This document shows positions 10,282-20,588 of a stretch of DNA of 64,000 nt, one piece after another. Below the pieces are notes generated by a model, which saw nothing but the letters and a program-made list of their open reading frames with translations, ran no database searches and was not told the DNA's origin. The DNA is from Thermodesulfobacteriota bacterium (GTDB lineage: Bacteria; Desulfobacterota; QYQD01), in contig JBFMFO010000002.1 in NCBI GenBank assembly GCA_040754095.1, forward strand, positions 73,853-137,852. Direction: 5' to 3'. Positions within the stretch are counted from its first letter, which is position 1; each line of letters begins with the position of its first letter. A program made the position numbers and the translations under genes.

Positions 10282-12540
10282 ATGGACAACGAACCCAAAA
10301 CCTTGCAGGAGATATTAGATGATATTGCACTCAAGGCTATAATGCTGACCCCGGGCAATCTGGTTGAGTTAGGGGAACTCCTCTCCAAGATCGAAGAGGT
10401 TATGGCCTATGATGATACAACCCTCCCGGCAGCTGTAAAGAAGATAGGTAGGGGACTCAAACTTATTATAGAAAAGATCATATTGGGCGAGATACCCGAC
10501 ACGGACGTAGTCTATGAAAAAATAAGCCAGGCCATCTCTATGTTGCAGGATATTTGCAGAGAAAAAGATCATGAGCAGGCCAGCGCTTCTCTTAAAAACT
10601 TTAATGGACTGCTTAAAGAATTAAATCTTCCGGATACGGAAGGGCAAACAGCGGGACAAGATGACATAACAATGGAAGAGGAGGCAACACCTGAAGCTCC
10701 TGTGACCAAAAGCAAACCGGTTATAGACATTACTCAGGATAAAGAATTGCTTACCGGTTTTATTAGCGAGAGCATGGAACATCTTGAACAAATTGAGGTG
10801 GACATCCTCTCCCTTGAACAGTCTCCCGAGGATAAGGACTGCATAAACGCTATCTTTAGACCATTCCATACTATAAAAGGTGTCTCAGGCTTTTTAAATC
10901 TACAGGATATTAACAAGTTAGCCCATGAAACGGAAAATATCCTGGACAGGGCCAGAAACGGCGAACTTTTGATCTCCTCAGAAATTATTGACCTTATCCT
11001 GGACGCCTGTGATGTCCTGAAAAGAATGATAATGGACATAAAAACGGCCTTGGAGACAGGTACATTAGAGCAAAAGGATTACGACCTGGACAGTGTTATT
11101 AGCCGGATAAAGGCCGCACAGGAAGGGGAGGCAGGAAAAGAGGCCGCCTGTCCGGAGTCTAAATTAGTAGGTGAGATACTGGTCGAAAAAGGGGTAGCTG
11201 ATACGGAGGCCATAGATAAGGCCCTGGAAAAACAGCGAGATTCCGGTGAAAAAATCGGGGAGATTATCATCAGAGAGGCCGCTGTTAAACCCAAAGAGGT
11301 CGTCCATGCCCTGCGTGAACAAAAAGCTATGGCCTCCATTGCGTCTGCCGGGACTGCCAATAGCGCCGTCAAGGTGGACATCGGCAAGCTCGATAACCTG
11401 GTAGATATGGTCGGTGAGCTGGTCATCACCCAGTCCCTTATCTGGCAGAATTCCCACGTCCAGGCCATACGGGATCAGAAACTTATGCGTGATTTCTCCC
11501 AGCTAAGCCGTATTACTACTGAGCTACAGAAGACAGCCATGTCATTGCGAATGGTGCCCATAAAACAGACCCTTCAGAAAATGATCCGGTTGGTAAGGGA
11601 TCTGGCCAAAAAATCTGAAAAACAAGTTGATCTTCAGATGAGCGGTGAGGATACAGAGATCGACCGCAATATGGTGGACGCCATTTACGATCCCTTGGTG
11701 CATATGATACGTAACTCTATAGACCATGGCATTGAGATGCCGGATGAAAGAGCAGCTAAAGGCAAGCCGGCCACCGGCACCATATGGTTAAGGGCTTATC
11801 AAAAAGGCGGTAACATTGTGATTGAGATCGAGGATGACGGACAGGGCCTGAACCGCGAGAAGATATTAAAAAAGGCAAAGGAAAAGGGATTGATTAAAAA
11901 CACCGAGGGGCTTTCCACATTTGAAATTGATAATCTTATATTCCAGGCCGGATTTTCTACAGCCGATAAGATAACCGATGTCTCCGGCCGGGGCGTAGGG
12001 ATGGATGTAGTAAAGAAAGCCATAGAGAAGTTGCGCGGCAAGGTGGAGATAAATTCGCGTCCGGGACAAGGTTCTACATTCACCATTAAGGTTCCGCTTA
12101 CCCTGGCTATTATCGACGGCATCATAGTAAAGGTAGGGGTGGAACGTTATATAGTGCCGACAGTGGTCATTAAAGAGACTATAAGGCCGCGGCAGGAAGA
12201 ATATAGCACTGTCCATGGCAAGGGCGAGATGATTAAGGTCAGGGGAAATCTTATCCCGTTAGTAAGATTATATAAGATGTTTGATATTGATGCCGAACAT
12301 AAAGACCCTTGCGAGTCCCTGGTAGTTGTGGTTGAAAACGAAGGACGGCAGAAATGCCTGCTGGTTGATGACCTCCTGGGCAAACAGGAAGTGGTCATCA
12401 AGAGTCTCGGAGACCACATGAAAAATGTCAGAGGACTGGCTGGAGGGACTATTTTAGGAGACGGAAAAGTAGGGTTGATTTTAGATATAAACGGCATATT
12501 TAGTGTGGCTGAAGAACAAAATTTGGGGATGCTGCATTAA
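10282..12540 (+). CDS. cheA: chemotaxis histidine kinase CheA with an extra N-terminal domain and an inserted MshEN-like tandem motif
   Basis: Hpt box FRPFHTIKG, dimerization domain, HATPase (GRGVGMDVV G2 box), C-terminal CheW-like P5 domain; 752 aa. Confidence 0.9.
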   Translation: MDNEPKTLQEILDDIALKAIMLTPGNLVELGELLSKIEEVMAYDDTTLPAAVKKIGRGLKLIIEKIILGEIPDTDVVYEKISQAISMLQDICREKDHEQASASLKNFNGLLKELNLPDTEGQTAGQDDITMEEEATPEAPVTKSKPVIDITQDKELLTGFISESMEHLEQIEVDILSLEQSPEDKDCINAIFRPFHTIKGVSGFLNLQDINKLAHETENILDRARNGELLISSEIIDLILDACDVLKRMIMDIKTALETGTLEQKDYDLDSVISRIKAAQEGEAGKEAACPESKLVGEILVEKGVADTEAIDKALEKQRDSGEKIGEIIIREAAVKPKEVVHALREQKAMASIASAGTANSAVKVDIGKLDNLVDMVGELVITQSLIWQNSHVQAIRDQKLMRDFSQLSRITTELQKTAMSLRMVPIKQTLQKMIRLVRDLAKKSEKQVDLQMSGEDTEIDRNMVDAIYDPLVHMIRNSIDHGIEMPDERAAKGKPATGTIWLRAYQKGGNIVIEIEDDGQGLNREKILKKAKEKGLIKNTEGLSTFEIDNLIFQAGFSTADKITDVSGRGVGMDVVKKAIEKLRGKVEINSRPGQGSTFTIKVPLTLAIIDGIIVKVGVERYIVPTVVIKETIRPRQEEYSTVHGKGEMIKVRGNLIPLVRLYKMFDIDAEHKDPCESLVVVVENEGRQKCLLVDDLLGKQEVVIKSLGDHMKNVRGLAGGTILGDGKVGLILDINGIFSVAEEQNLGMLH

Positions 12541-12551
12541 TTATAATGAAT

Positions 12552-12636
12552 GTCATTAGTCAATAGTCATTTGTCACCGGTAAAAGAGAACAATCTTCCA
12601 CCTTCAACCAATGACCGATGACTGATGACCAGTGAC
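12552..12636 (+). repeat. GTCA-rich long hairpin repeat, family B copy 1
   Basis: gtcattagtcaatagtcatttgtcaccggtaaaag ... ccaatgaccgatgactgatgaccagtgacc; left arm nearly identical to 61307-61341. Confidence 0.7.
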
Positions 12637-12683
12637 CTTGCCTATAAGCTGAAAGCTTATATATGAAAAAGGGGAGTTAAATT

Positions 12684-13064
12684 ATGCCGGCAGATAAGAA
12701 CATGAGAATATTGGTGGTTGATGACTTTAATACCATGCGCCGTATAGTAAAAAATATTCTGAAACAACTGGGATTCGAAAATGTAGGCGAGGCCGAAAAC
12801 GGTCAGGAGGCGCTTGAGGTCTTGAAAAAAGAAAAATTTGACTTCATCATAACCGACTGGAACATGCCGGTTATGACCGGTCTTGATCTGCTTAAGGCGA
12901 TCAAGGCAGACGCCGCATTAAAAGACCTCCCAGTAATGATGGTGACTGCCGAGGCGCAGCAACAGAATATCGTGGAGGCGGTTAAGAATGGGGCCAGCAA
13001 CTATATCGTCAAGCCATTTACGGCCGAGGTTCTGGAAGAAAAGATAAACAAGATATTTAAGTAA
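12684..13064 (+). CDS. cheY: chemotaxis response regulator CheY
   Basis: 126-aa single receiver domain; DD...D...K phospho-acceptor pattern ([16 protein letters not shown]). Confidence 0.85.
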   Translation: MPADKNMRILVVDDFNTMRRIVKNILKQLGFENVGEAENGQEALEVLKKEKFDFIITDWNMPVMTGLDLLKAIKADAALKDLPVMMVTAEAQQQNIVEAVKNGASNYIVKPFTAEVLEEKINKIFK

Positions 13065-13068
13065 TTTG

Positions 13069-13893
13069 ATGTTTGACGACCTTACCGATAACGAATTCGA
13101 GCTCTTCAGTAAGCTCATCTATACCAAGGCTGGCATTAACCTCCACACAGGCAAGAAGGAATTACTGCGCGCCAGGCTGGCCAAAAGGCTGAGAAGCTCT
13201 AATTTTCACAGTTTTCAGGAATATTATGATTACGTGTTGCAGGACAAAAGTGGGGAGGAACTGGTTCGGCTGCTGGATAGCGTATCCACCAACCTGACGA
13301 GTTTTTTTCGTGAATCCAAACACTTTCAATTCCTGGCAGATGAGGCACTGCCGGGCCTGCTTGCAGATAAAAAAAGGGGCGGAAGGATAAGGATCTGGAG
13401 CGCCGGTTGTTCATCGGGAGAGGAGCCTTATTCTCTTGCAATAACTATTTTAGAACATAAGGCAGGCATCCCGGCGTTGAACTTAAAAATATTGGCAACC
13501 GATATATCTACAAGGGTCTTAGCTACAGCCGAGCAGGGGATATACCCGGAAGAACGATGCAAGGATATTAATACTGATATCCTGAAAAAATACTTTCAAA
13601 AAGGACAGGGCCGGTGGCAGGGATACGTCCAGGTTAAGCCTGTAGTCAGGAACTTCATCCAGTTTATGAGATATAACCTCATGGAACCATGTCCATGTAA
13701 GGAACCTATGGACATAATTTTTTGCCGTAATGTGATGATCTATTTCGATAAGAACACACAGGAAAAAGTAGTAAACGGTTTTTATTCGGCGCTAGGTGAA
13801 GGCGGCTACCTTTTTATCGGGCACTCAGAAAGCCTGACGGGTATAAAGCATGCCTTTAAATATGCGCGCCCGACTGTCTATCAGAAAAAATAG
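13069..13893 (+). CDS. cheR: chemotaxis protein methyltransferase CheR
   Basis: CheR N-terminal helical domain plus SAM-dependent methyltransferase domain (IWSAGCSSGEEPYS); start taken at the ATG at 13069. Confidence 0.9.
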   Translation: MFDDLTDNEFELFSKLIYTKAGINLHTGKKELLRARLAKRLRSSNFHSFQEYYDYVLQDKSGEELVRLLDSVSTNLTSFFRESKHFQFLADEALPGLLADKKRGGRIRIWSAGCSSGEEPYSLAITILEHKAGIPALNLKILATDISTRVLATAEQGIYPEERCKDINTDILKKYFQKGQGRWQGYVQVKPVVRNFIQFMRYNLMEPCPCKEPMDIIFCRNVMIYFDKNTQEKVVNGFYSALGEGGYLFIGHSESLTGIKHAFKYARPTVYQKK

Positions 13894-13907
13894 AAAAAGG
13901 ATCGGTT

Positions 13908-14393
13908 GTGGCTAGCAAATTCGTCGTCGGTATTGCAGATATGTGCGTAAGCAAAGACCCCGCGGCTATTTTAATTACTTACTCTCTGGGGTCCTGCATA
14001 GGCGTGTCCATTTATGATCCTGTAGTCAAGGTGGGGGGGTTGCTTCATCTAATGCTTCCTGAATCAAAGATAGCCCCGGACAAGGCAGAAAAAAATCCGT
14101 GCATGTTTGCAGATACAGGCGTGCCCTTGCTTTTCAAAGAAGCATATAAATACGGCGCTGATAAAAAACGCATAATAATTAAAATAGCGGGCGGGGCACA
14201 GGTTATGGATGCCAGCGGCTTTTTCAATATCGGCAAACGTAACTACATGGCTCTTCGCAAGATCTTTTGGAAAAATGACGTTCTTATAAGCAAAGAAGAC
14301 ATAGGTGGTAATGTCAACCGCACTATGCGCCTTGAGATAGGCACGGGGCGCGTCTATCTCAAGGTATCGGACAGCGGAGAGATAGAGCTATGA
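13908..14393 (+). CDS. cheD: chemoreceptor glutamine deamidase CheD
   Basis: VGIADMCVSKDPAAILITYSLGSCIGV CheD signature with catalytic Cys; GTG start. Confidence 0.85.
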   Translation: MASKFVVGIADMCVSKDPAAILITYSLGSCIGVSIYDPVVKVGGLLHLMLPESKIAPDKAEKNPCMFADTGVPLLFKEAYKYGADKKRIIIKIAGGAQVMDASGFFNIGKRNYMALRKIFWKNDVLISKEDIGGNVNRTMRLEIGTGRVYLKVSDSGEIEL

Positions 14394-15223
14394 AAGATCT
14401 CAGGACCATTACTAAAGATATCAAGGAATTACCGCCACTTCCGGAAGTGGCACAGAAGGTATTTTCCTTGCTAAACGATCCCAAAAGCAACGTTCAGGAT
14501 ATGGTCAAGGTTATACAGCTTGACCAGGCTATGACGGCTAATATATTGAAATTATGCAATTCTGTATACTTCGGTCTGAAGAGAAAGATCAGTTCTTTGC
14601 AGGAGGCCCTGGTCTTGCTCGGCCAGAAAAATTTACACGAAATCATTATGACAGACAACAGCGGTAAATACTACCAAAGGGCCGGTGCAGGTTATAGCCT
14701 GGGGAAAGGCGAACTCTGGAGACATTCTGTGGCCTGCGCCCTTCTTTCTCAGATATTGGTGCGAAAAACAGGGTTGCCTGAAGATCCTTTTTTATTTACC
14801 GCCGCTCTCCTTCACGATATCGGCAAGGTGATACTCAGCACTTACGTCAAGACAGAATATGATCAAATAATCAGGTTGGTTAAAGAACAACAATATCCCT
14901 TTTTGCAGGCAGAAAAAGAGATTATCGGGATTGATCACGCCGAATTAGGGGGATGGATCGCCGAGGAATGGAATTTTCCCGGGGCCCTAGTAGAAGCGAT
15001 TGCCCAACATCATACGCCTGATACGGAGAATTACATCTCCTGTATCGTTCATCTCTGTAATCTGATGACTATCATGATGGGTATCGGCACGGGTTATGGC
15101 CTAGCTGACTATGGGAAAGATGCTGTCATGAAAAAATTGGGTCTGAAAGAAAGACATCTCGAATCATGTATGGTTGAACTATGGCATGAACTCCAGAAGG
15201 CGGAAGACCTGCTTAAATGTTAA
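14390..15223 (+). CDS. HDOD domain protein
   Basis: HD-related output domain pattern (LHDIGK, HAELG); 277 aa; overlaps the cheD stop by 4 nt, so probably co-transcribed. Confidence 0.75.
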   Translation: MKDLRTITKDIKELPPLPEVAQKVFSLLNDPKSNVQDMVKVIQLDQAMTANILKLCNSVYFGLKRKISSLQEALVLLGQKNLHEIIMTDNSGKYYQRAGAGYSLGKGELWRHSVACALLSQILVRKTGLPEDPFLFTAALLHDIGKVILSTYVKTEYDQIIRLVKEQQYPFLQAEKEIIGIDHAELGGWIAEEWNFPGALVEAIAQHHTPDTENYISCIVHLCNLMTIMMGIGTGYGLADYGKDAVMKKLGLKERHLESCMVELWHELQKAEDLLKC

Positions 15224-15267
15224 CTCAATAAATGCCTGCCTGACGGCAGGCAGGGAGGCGGCTTCTT

Positions 15268-15647
15268 ATGGCCTTTAATGTCTTAATAGTCGATGACTCT
15301 ATGGCCATGCGCAGCGTTATACGCAAGGTCATCTCGATTTCCGGCTTCGATGTCGGGGCCTTTTTTGAGGCCGGCAATGGAAAAGAAGCGCTCGAAGTCC
15401 TTAATGGGCAGTGGATAGACCTGGTTCTAAGTGATATTAATATGCCGGAGATGGATGGCCTCACTTTTGTAAAAAAGATGAGAGAGCATGAGATCTATAA
15501 AAACATCCCGGTAGTTATGATAACCACTGAAGGCTCCCAGGCCTGTATAGATGAAGCCATGTCATTGGGGGTTAAGGGGTATATCCAGAAGCCGTTTATG
15601 CCTGAGGTAATTAAGGAAAAACTCGAAGAGATTATGGAGAAGACCAG

Positions 15648-15651
<4 letters not shown>
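15268..15651 (+). CDS. CheY-like single-domain response regulator
   Basis: 127-aa receiver domain (VDDS...SDINMP...QKPF). Confidence 0.8.
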
Positions 15652-17188
<1,537 letters not shown>

Positions 17189-17296
17189 GATGACCTTGCA
17201 AGAAGTAGCTCATCCTAAAGTTGACATAATATATCTTATCCGACGTTACGCAGGGTATGCAAAAACTTTTGAGCCTCTTGCGAAAGTCCCAATTCT

Positions 17297-17445
17297 GTCA
17301 TTCCCACAGCGATTCTGACTGGATTCCCAATCAAGCACCCGGTTCCTTACTGGATTCCCGCCCGCCCCGCCTCCAGCGGACCATAGGCAGAGTCGGCGTT
17401 CTCGTCCGCCCTTGTGCGGGACCTGGACGGCTTTCGCGGGAATGA
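17297..17445 (+). repeat. family E ~150-bp element with tcattccc(a/g)c(a)gcg termini and an internal actggattccc duplication
   Basis: gtcattcccacagcg ... actggattccc x2 ... GC-rich core ... ttcgcgggaatgat; lies in a 470-bp gene-free gap. Confidence 0.45.
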
Positions 17446-17565
17446 TAAATAGCATTGAGTATTTTTCCGTAAAATTAATATAATATTAACTAGACATAAT
17501 GTTATACATTATATTAATCATCAACTGATTTGATATTACGTTAATTAATTAATTTTATTTAAACC

Positions 17566-17583
17566 ATGGAAAAACTTTTCCAT
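17566..17583 (+). promoter_or_regulatory. perfect 8-bp-arm palindrome ATGGAAAA-ac-TTTTCCAT in the AT-rich leader of the bEBP gene
   Basis: Seen directly; followed by further TTTCCA motifs (ttttttccac); candidate operator. Confidence 0.3.
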
Positions 17584-17658
17584 TTTATAAGAATTTTTTT
17601 TCCACTTTTTTTAAAAAAAATTTCCTTTTAGTCGATAAAATAAGATATAGTATAAGAC

Positions 17659-18750
17659 ATGGAGACGGCAGCCAGTATGGATATTATGGATATGATAGTT
17701 GGGGAAAGCGAACCAATTAAAAGAATAAAAGAGCTTGTTAAGCAAATAGTCGATACTGATCTGACGGTTGTAATTTACGGAGAAAGCGGTGTCGGCAAGG
17801 AATTAGTGGCCCGGTCCTTACATTTCCAATCCCACCGCAAAAATTCCCCATTTGTTAAGGTCAATTGTGCCGCCCTTCCCTCCGAGCTCCTGGAAAGTGA
17901 ATTATTTGGCTATGAAAAAGGTGCCTTTACCGGGGCTGACGGGCTGAAGCCCGGTAAATTTGAACAGGCAAATGACGGTACCATATTTTTAGACGAAATT
18001 GGAGATATGCCGTTAACATTGCAATCAAAATTGTTGCAGGTACTTCAGGATGGCGAATTCTCAAGAATTGGCGGCAAAAAGGATGTCAGGGTGAATACCT
18101 GGGTAGTCTCAGCAACTAACCACGACCTGGAAAACGAGGTTAAGCGAGGTCTTTTTAGAGAGGATCTTTTTTATCGTTTAAATATTATAAAAATCCTGGT
18201 GCCTCCCCTCCGCGACAGAAAGGAAGATATACCTATTCTGCTCAATCACTTCCTCTCACGCTATTGTAGCCAGTTTAATTCTAATTTCGTTCCGGATAAA
18301 GAAGTACTGGATATATTTTTTAGTTACCACTGGCCTGGAAATGTGCGGGAAATGGAAAACTACGTAAAAAGACTCCTGGTCCTGAATGATTGGGAACAAT
18401 TAAAGGAAGAAATTCTCGATAAAATCCATGCGGCACCCACAAGAAGGGATATGGCCATAGCGGCACCGGATGTAAAAGCAAAAGAAAAAATATCTCAGGA
18501 TGTTCTGGAGAAGTTAATAGATCTGGGTGAAGAAAAAGAGAGGATTATCTCCCTTCCTTCCCTTAAAGAAATCAAAAAACAGGCCCTCCTGAAGATCGAA
18601 AAAGAGGTGATAGAGGAGGTTTTAAAGAGAACGAACTGGAATAAGAAACTGGCCGCACGACATCTTAAGATCAGCTATAAGGCCCTGCTTTATAAAATAA
18701 AGGAGGCGGACATAAAAAAACCACCCGATTTAGAAAAGGAAAGAAAATGA
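17659..18750 (+). CDS. sigma-54-dependent transcriptional activator (bEBP) lacking an N-terminal sensory/receiver domain
   Basis: AAA+ domain starts near residue 20 (GESGVGKE Walker A; GAFTGA motif as EKGAFTGA; Walker B DEIGD); C-terminal Fis-type HTH (AARHLKISYKALLYKIKE). Confidence 0.85.
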   Translation: METAASMDIMDMIVGESEPIKRIKELVKQIVDTDLTVVIYGESGVGKELVARSLHFQSHRKNSPFVKVNCAALPSELLESELFGYEKGAFTGADGLKPGKFEQANDGTIFLDEIGDMPLTLQSKLLQVLQDGEFSRIGGKKDVRVNTWVVSATNHDLENEVKRGLFREDLFYRLNIIKILVPPLRDRKEDIPILLNHFLSRYCSQFNSNFVPDKEVLDIFFSYHWPGNVREMENYVKRLLVLNDWEQLKEEILDKIHAAPTRRDMAIAAPDVKAKEKISQDVLEKLIDLGEEKERIISLPSLKEIKKQALLKIEKEVIEEVLKRTNWNKKLAARHLKISYKALLYKIKEADIKKPPDLEKERK

Positions 18751-18778
18751 GGTAGTATTCACTATAAGACTTGCAGAT

Positions 18779-18840
18779 GAGAAAAATATTTCCACTACCA
18801 GGAGAAAAAACTTCCACAATAAGTTACCACTATTTCCATT
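18779..18840 (+). promoter_or_regulatory. candidate enhancer (UAS): three TTCCAC/ACCACT direct repeats ~100-150 nt upstream of the sigma-54 promoter
   Basis: tttccactacc, cttccacaat and ttaccactatttcc spaced about 12-24 nt apart. Confidence 0.3.
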
Positions 18841-18934
18841 TACGTCTTAAACGTTTCTGTCCGGGATTTACACATATAATTAAATCATTCATAATATCCA
18901 ATAGTTATTAATTGTCTATGGACTATAAAAGTTC

Positions 18935-18950
18935 TGGCACCTTTTTTGCT
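18935..18950 (+). promoter_or_regulatory. sigma-54 (-24/-12) promoter: TGGCAC-N5-TTGCT
   Basis: Exact match to the TGGCAC N5 TTGCW consensus; GG and GC are 12 nt apart; ~95 nt upstream of the PilZ-PAS gene and directly downstream of the bEBP gene. Confidence 0.6.
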
Positions 18951-19043
18951 CAATATTGGAAGCGTTCAAAATGTTATGTTAATGTTATGTTACCGGCACT
19001 CTTATGTTAAGTTTAGTCCGGACTTAAAGAAAGTGGTGTTAAT

Positions 19044-20555
19044 ATGCATTTAGATGGTGAAAGAAGAAGACATTTTCGTATCCCGTTACGGCTTCCCGTC
19101 CGTCACCGTGTTGCCGGCAGAGATTTTGAAGACAGTATTGCCTTAGATATTCATCAAAACGGGGCATTTATTTTATCGGAAGAACTACCGGACGTTGGAA
19201 CCGCCATAAATCTGAATTTTACCATTCCGGAGACGGACCAATTAGTCAGAGTCAAGGGCGACGTACGCTGGGTCATTGATCGTCAACCCAATCATGAATC
19301 CGGTATGGGCATTAAATTTGAAAAACCTGTATCCTTTGTAATGCCCATAGAATTAGTCTCACAATATATGGATAATAACCTGGCGGCATTTGTTGATTAT
19401 GCCCGGCATCCGTTTTACCCTGAGATTCAACAACTCAAAAATCTGAACAACCACGTCATTAACTCGGTAAATAATGGGGTTATTATATTAGACGAGGAAT
19501 TTGTAATCAGAAATTACAATCCAAAACAATGTGCTGCATTCATACCGGAAAAGCAAAAAGTAATCGGCCGACCCATCTGGGAGGTGAATAACCTATTTAA
19601 TTTACGGTATCAGGAAAAGACATTTAAAGACATATTGCAGGAAGTCTTAGGTGGTAAGAGCTATAGAATTAAAAATGTTTCTTATGAACCACCTCTAGAA
19701 GAATCAAATAATCACTACTTAGACTTGGAACTAAGGCCCGTTATCGAAGCTAGTGGCGCTGTTTCAGGTATAATAATCGTAATCCAGGACGTTTCAAAGG
19801 AAAGGCAATGGGCCTTACGGGAAAAAGAGCTTGAATCAGTCCTTATTGAACAATCCAGGCATTCTTCCGTCGGACTGATAATAAACGGATTATTGAATAA
19901 CATGGTCAACCCTCTTTCTTCCATACAAGGCAGGCTTGAATTGTTAAATCTCGAGATGCAGGCCGGTAAAAATAACTTGGCAGATTCTTCTCGTAGCACC
20001 CAGGTCGAAGATACGCCGAGACGTGGGATAGACAACCTTGATAAGTATATAGAAGGTCTGAGGATGATCGGTCATAATGTACAAACTCTCTCTGATCTGT
20101 GTCGTAATTTCATGGCCAGGATAAAGAAAGAGCAGGACACGATGCCCCGGCTTCTTAATCTGAATGATATTATTATGAACGAGATTATGTTCCTGGAAGC
20201 AAACCAGAAATTCAGGTATGAAATTAACAAAAAGTTGGCCCTAGCAAAAGACCTTCCCTTTATATGGGGGGCTTATATCGATTTTTCACAACTTATTTTC
20301 AATCTCTTAGACTATTGCATCAAGGCCATGAACCTTTCTGATAAAAAAGAGCTTTTTATTTCCACCGGATTTGAAAATAATATGATTTGTCTGGATATAA
20401 GACATTCGGGCACGACTTCAAAACAAGCGCCACAAAACGATTTTCTGCTATGTCTTCTTAATCTTTTAAGAAAAAAATACAATTTTGACCTATCCGTCCA
20501 GGAACAATATAGCAACACCATATTTTCTTTACGTATCCCGGTTTCTGAAGATTAA
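19044..20555 (+). CDS. PilZ domain - PAS - degenerate histidine-kinase-like protein
   Basis: N-terminal PilZ motifs (RRRHFRIP, DIHQNG, GMGIKF), central PAS-like region, HisKA-like helix (NNMVNPLSSIQG) and a HATPase-like C-terminus without clear G1/G2 boxes. Confidence 0.6.
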   Translation: MHLDGERRRHFRIPLRLPVRHRVAGRDFEDSIALDIHQNGAFILSEELPDVGTAINLNFTIPETDQLVRVKGDVRWVIDRQPNHESGMGIKFEKPVSFVMPIELVSQYMDNNLAAFVDYARHPFYPEIQQLKNLNNHVINSVNNGVIILDEEFVIRNYNPKQCAAFIPEKQKVIGRPIWEVNNLFNLRYQEKTFKDILQEVLGGKSYRIKNVSYEPPLEESNNHYLDLELRPVIEASGAVSGIIIVIQDVSKERQWALREKELESVLIEQSRHSSVGLIINGLLNNMVNPLSSIQGRLELLNLEMQAGKNNLADSSRSTQVEDTPRRGIDNLDKYIEGLRMIGHNVQTLSDLCRNFMARIKKEQDTMPRLLNLNDIIMNEIMFLEANQKFRYEINKKLALAKDLPFIWGAYIDFSQLIFNLLDYCIKAMNLSDKKELFISTGFENNMICLDIRHSGTTSKQAPQNDFLLCLLNLLRKKYNFDLSVQEQYSNTIFSLRIPVSED

Positions 20556-20588
20556 CCTCCACAGAAAAAATTATAAAGAAACCACAGA

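Noticed and set aside
17246-17455. Mutually antisense 62-aa and 69-aa ORFs in the cheB - sigma-54 activator gap
   Set aside because: They overlap each other on opposite strands inside a TIR-bounded GC-rich repeat. There is no RBS, and the composition is typical of structured or repeat DNA rather than coding sequence.
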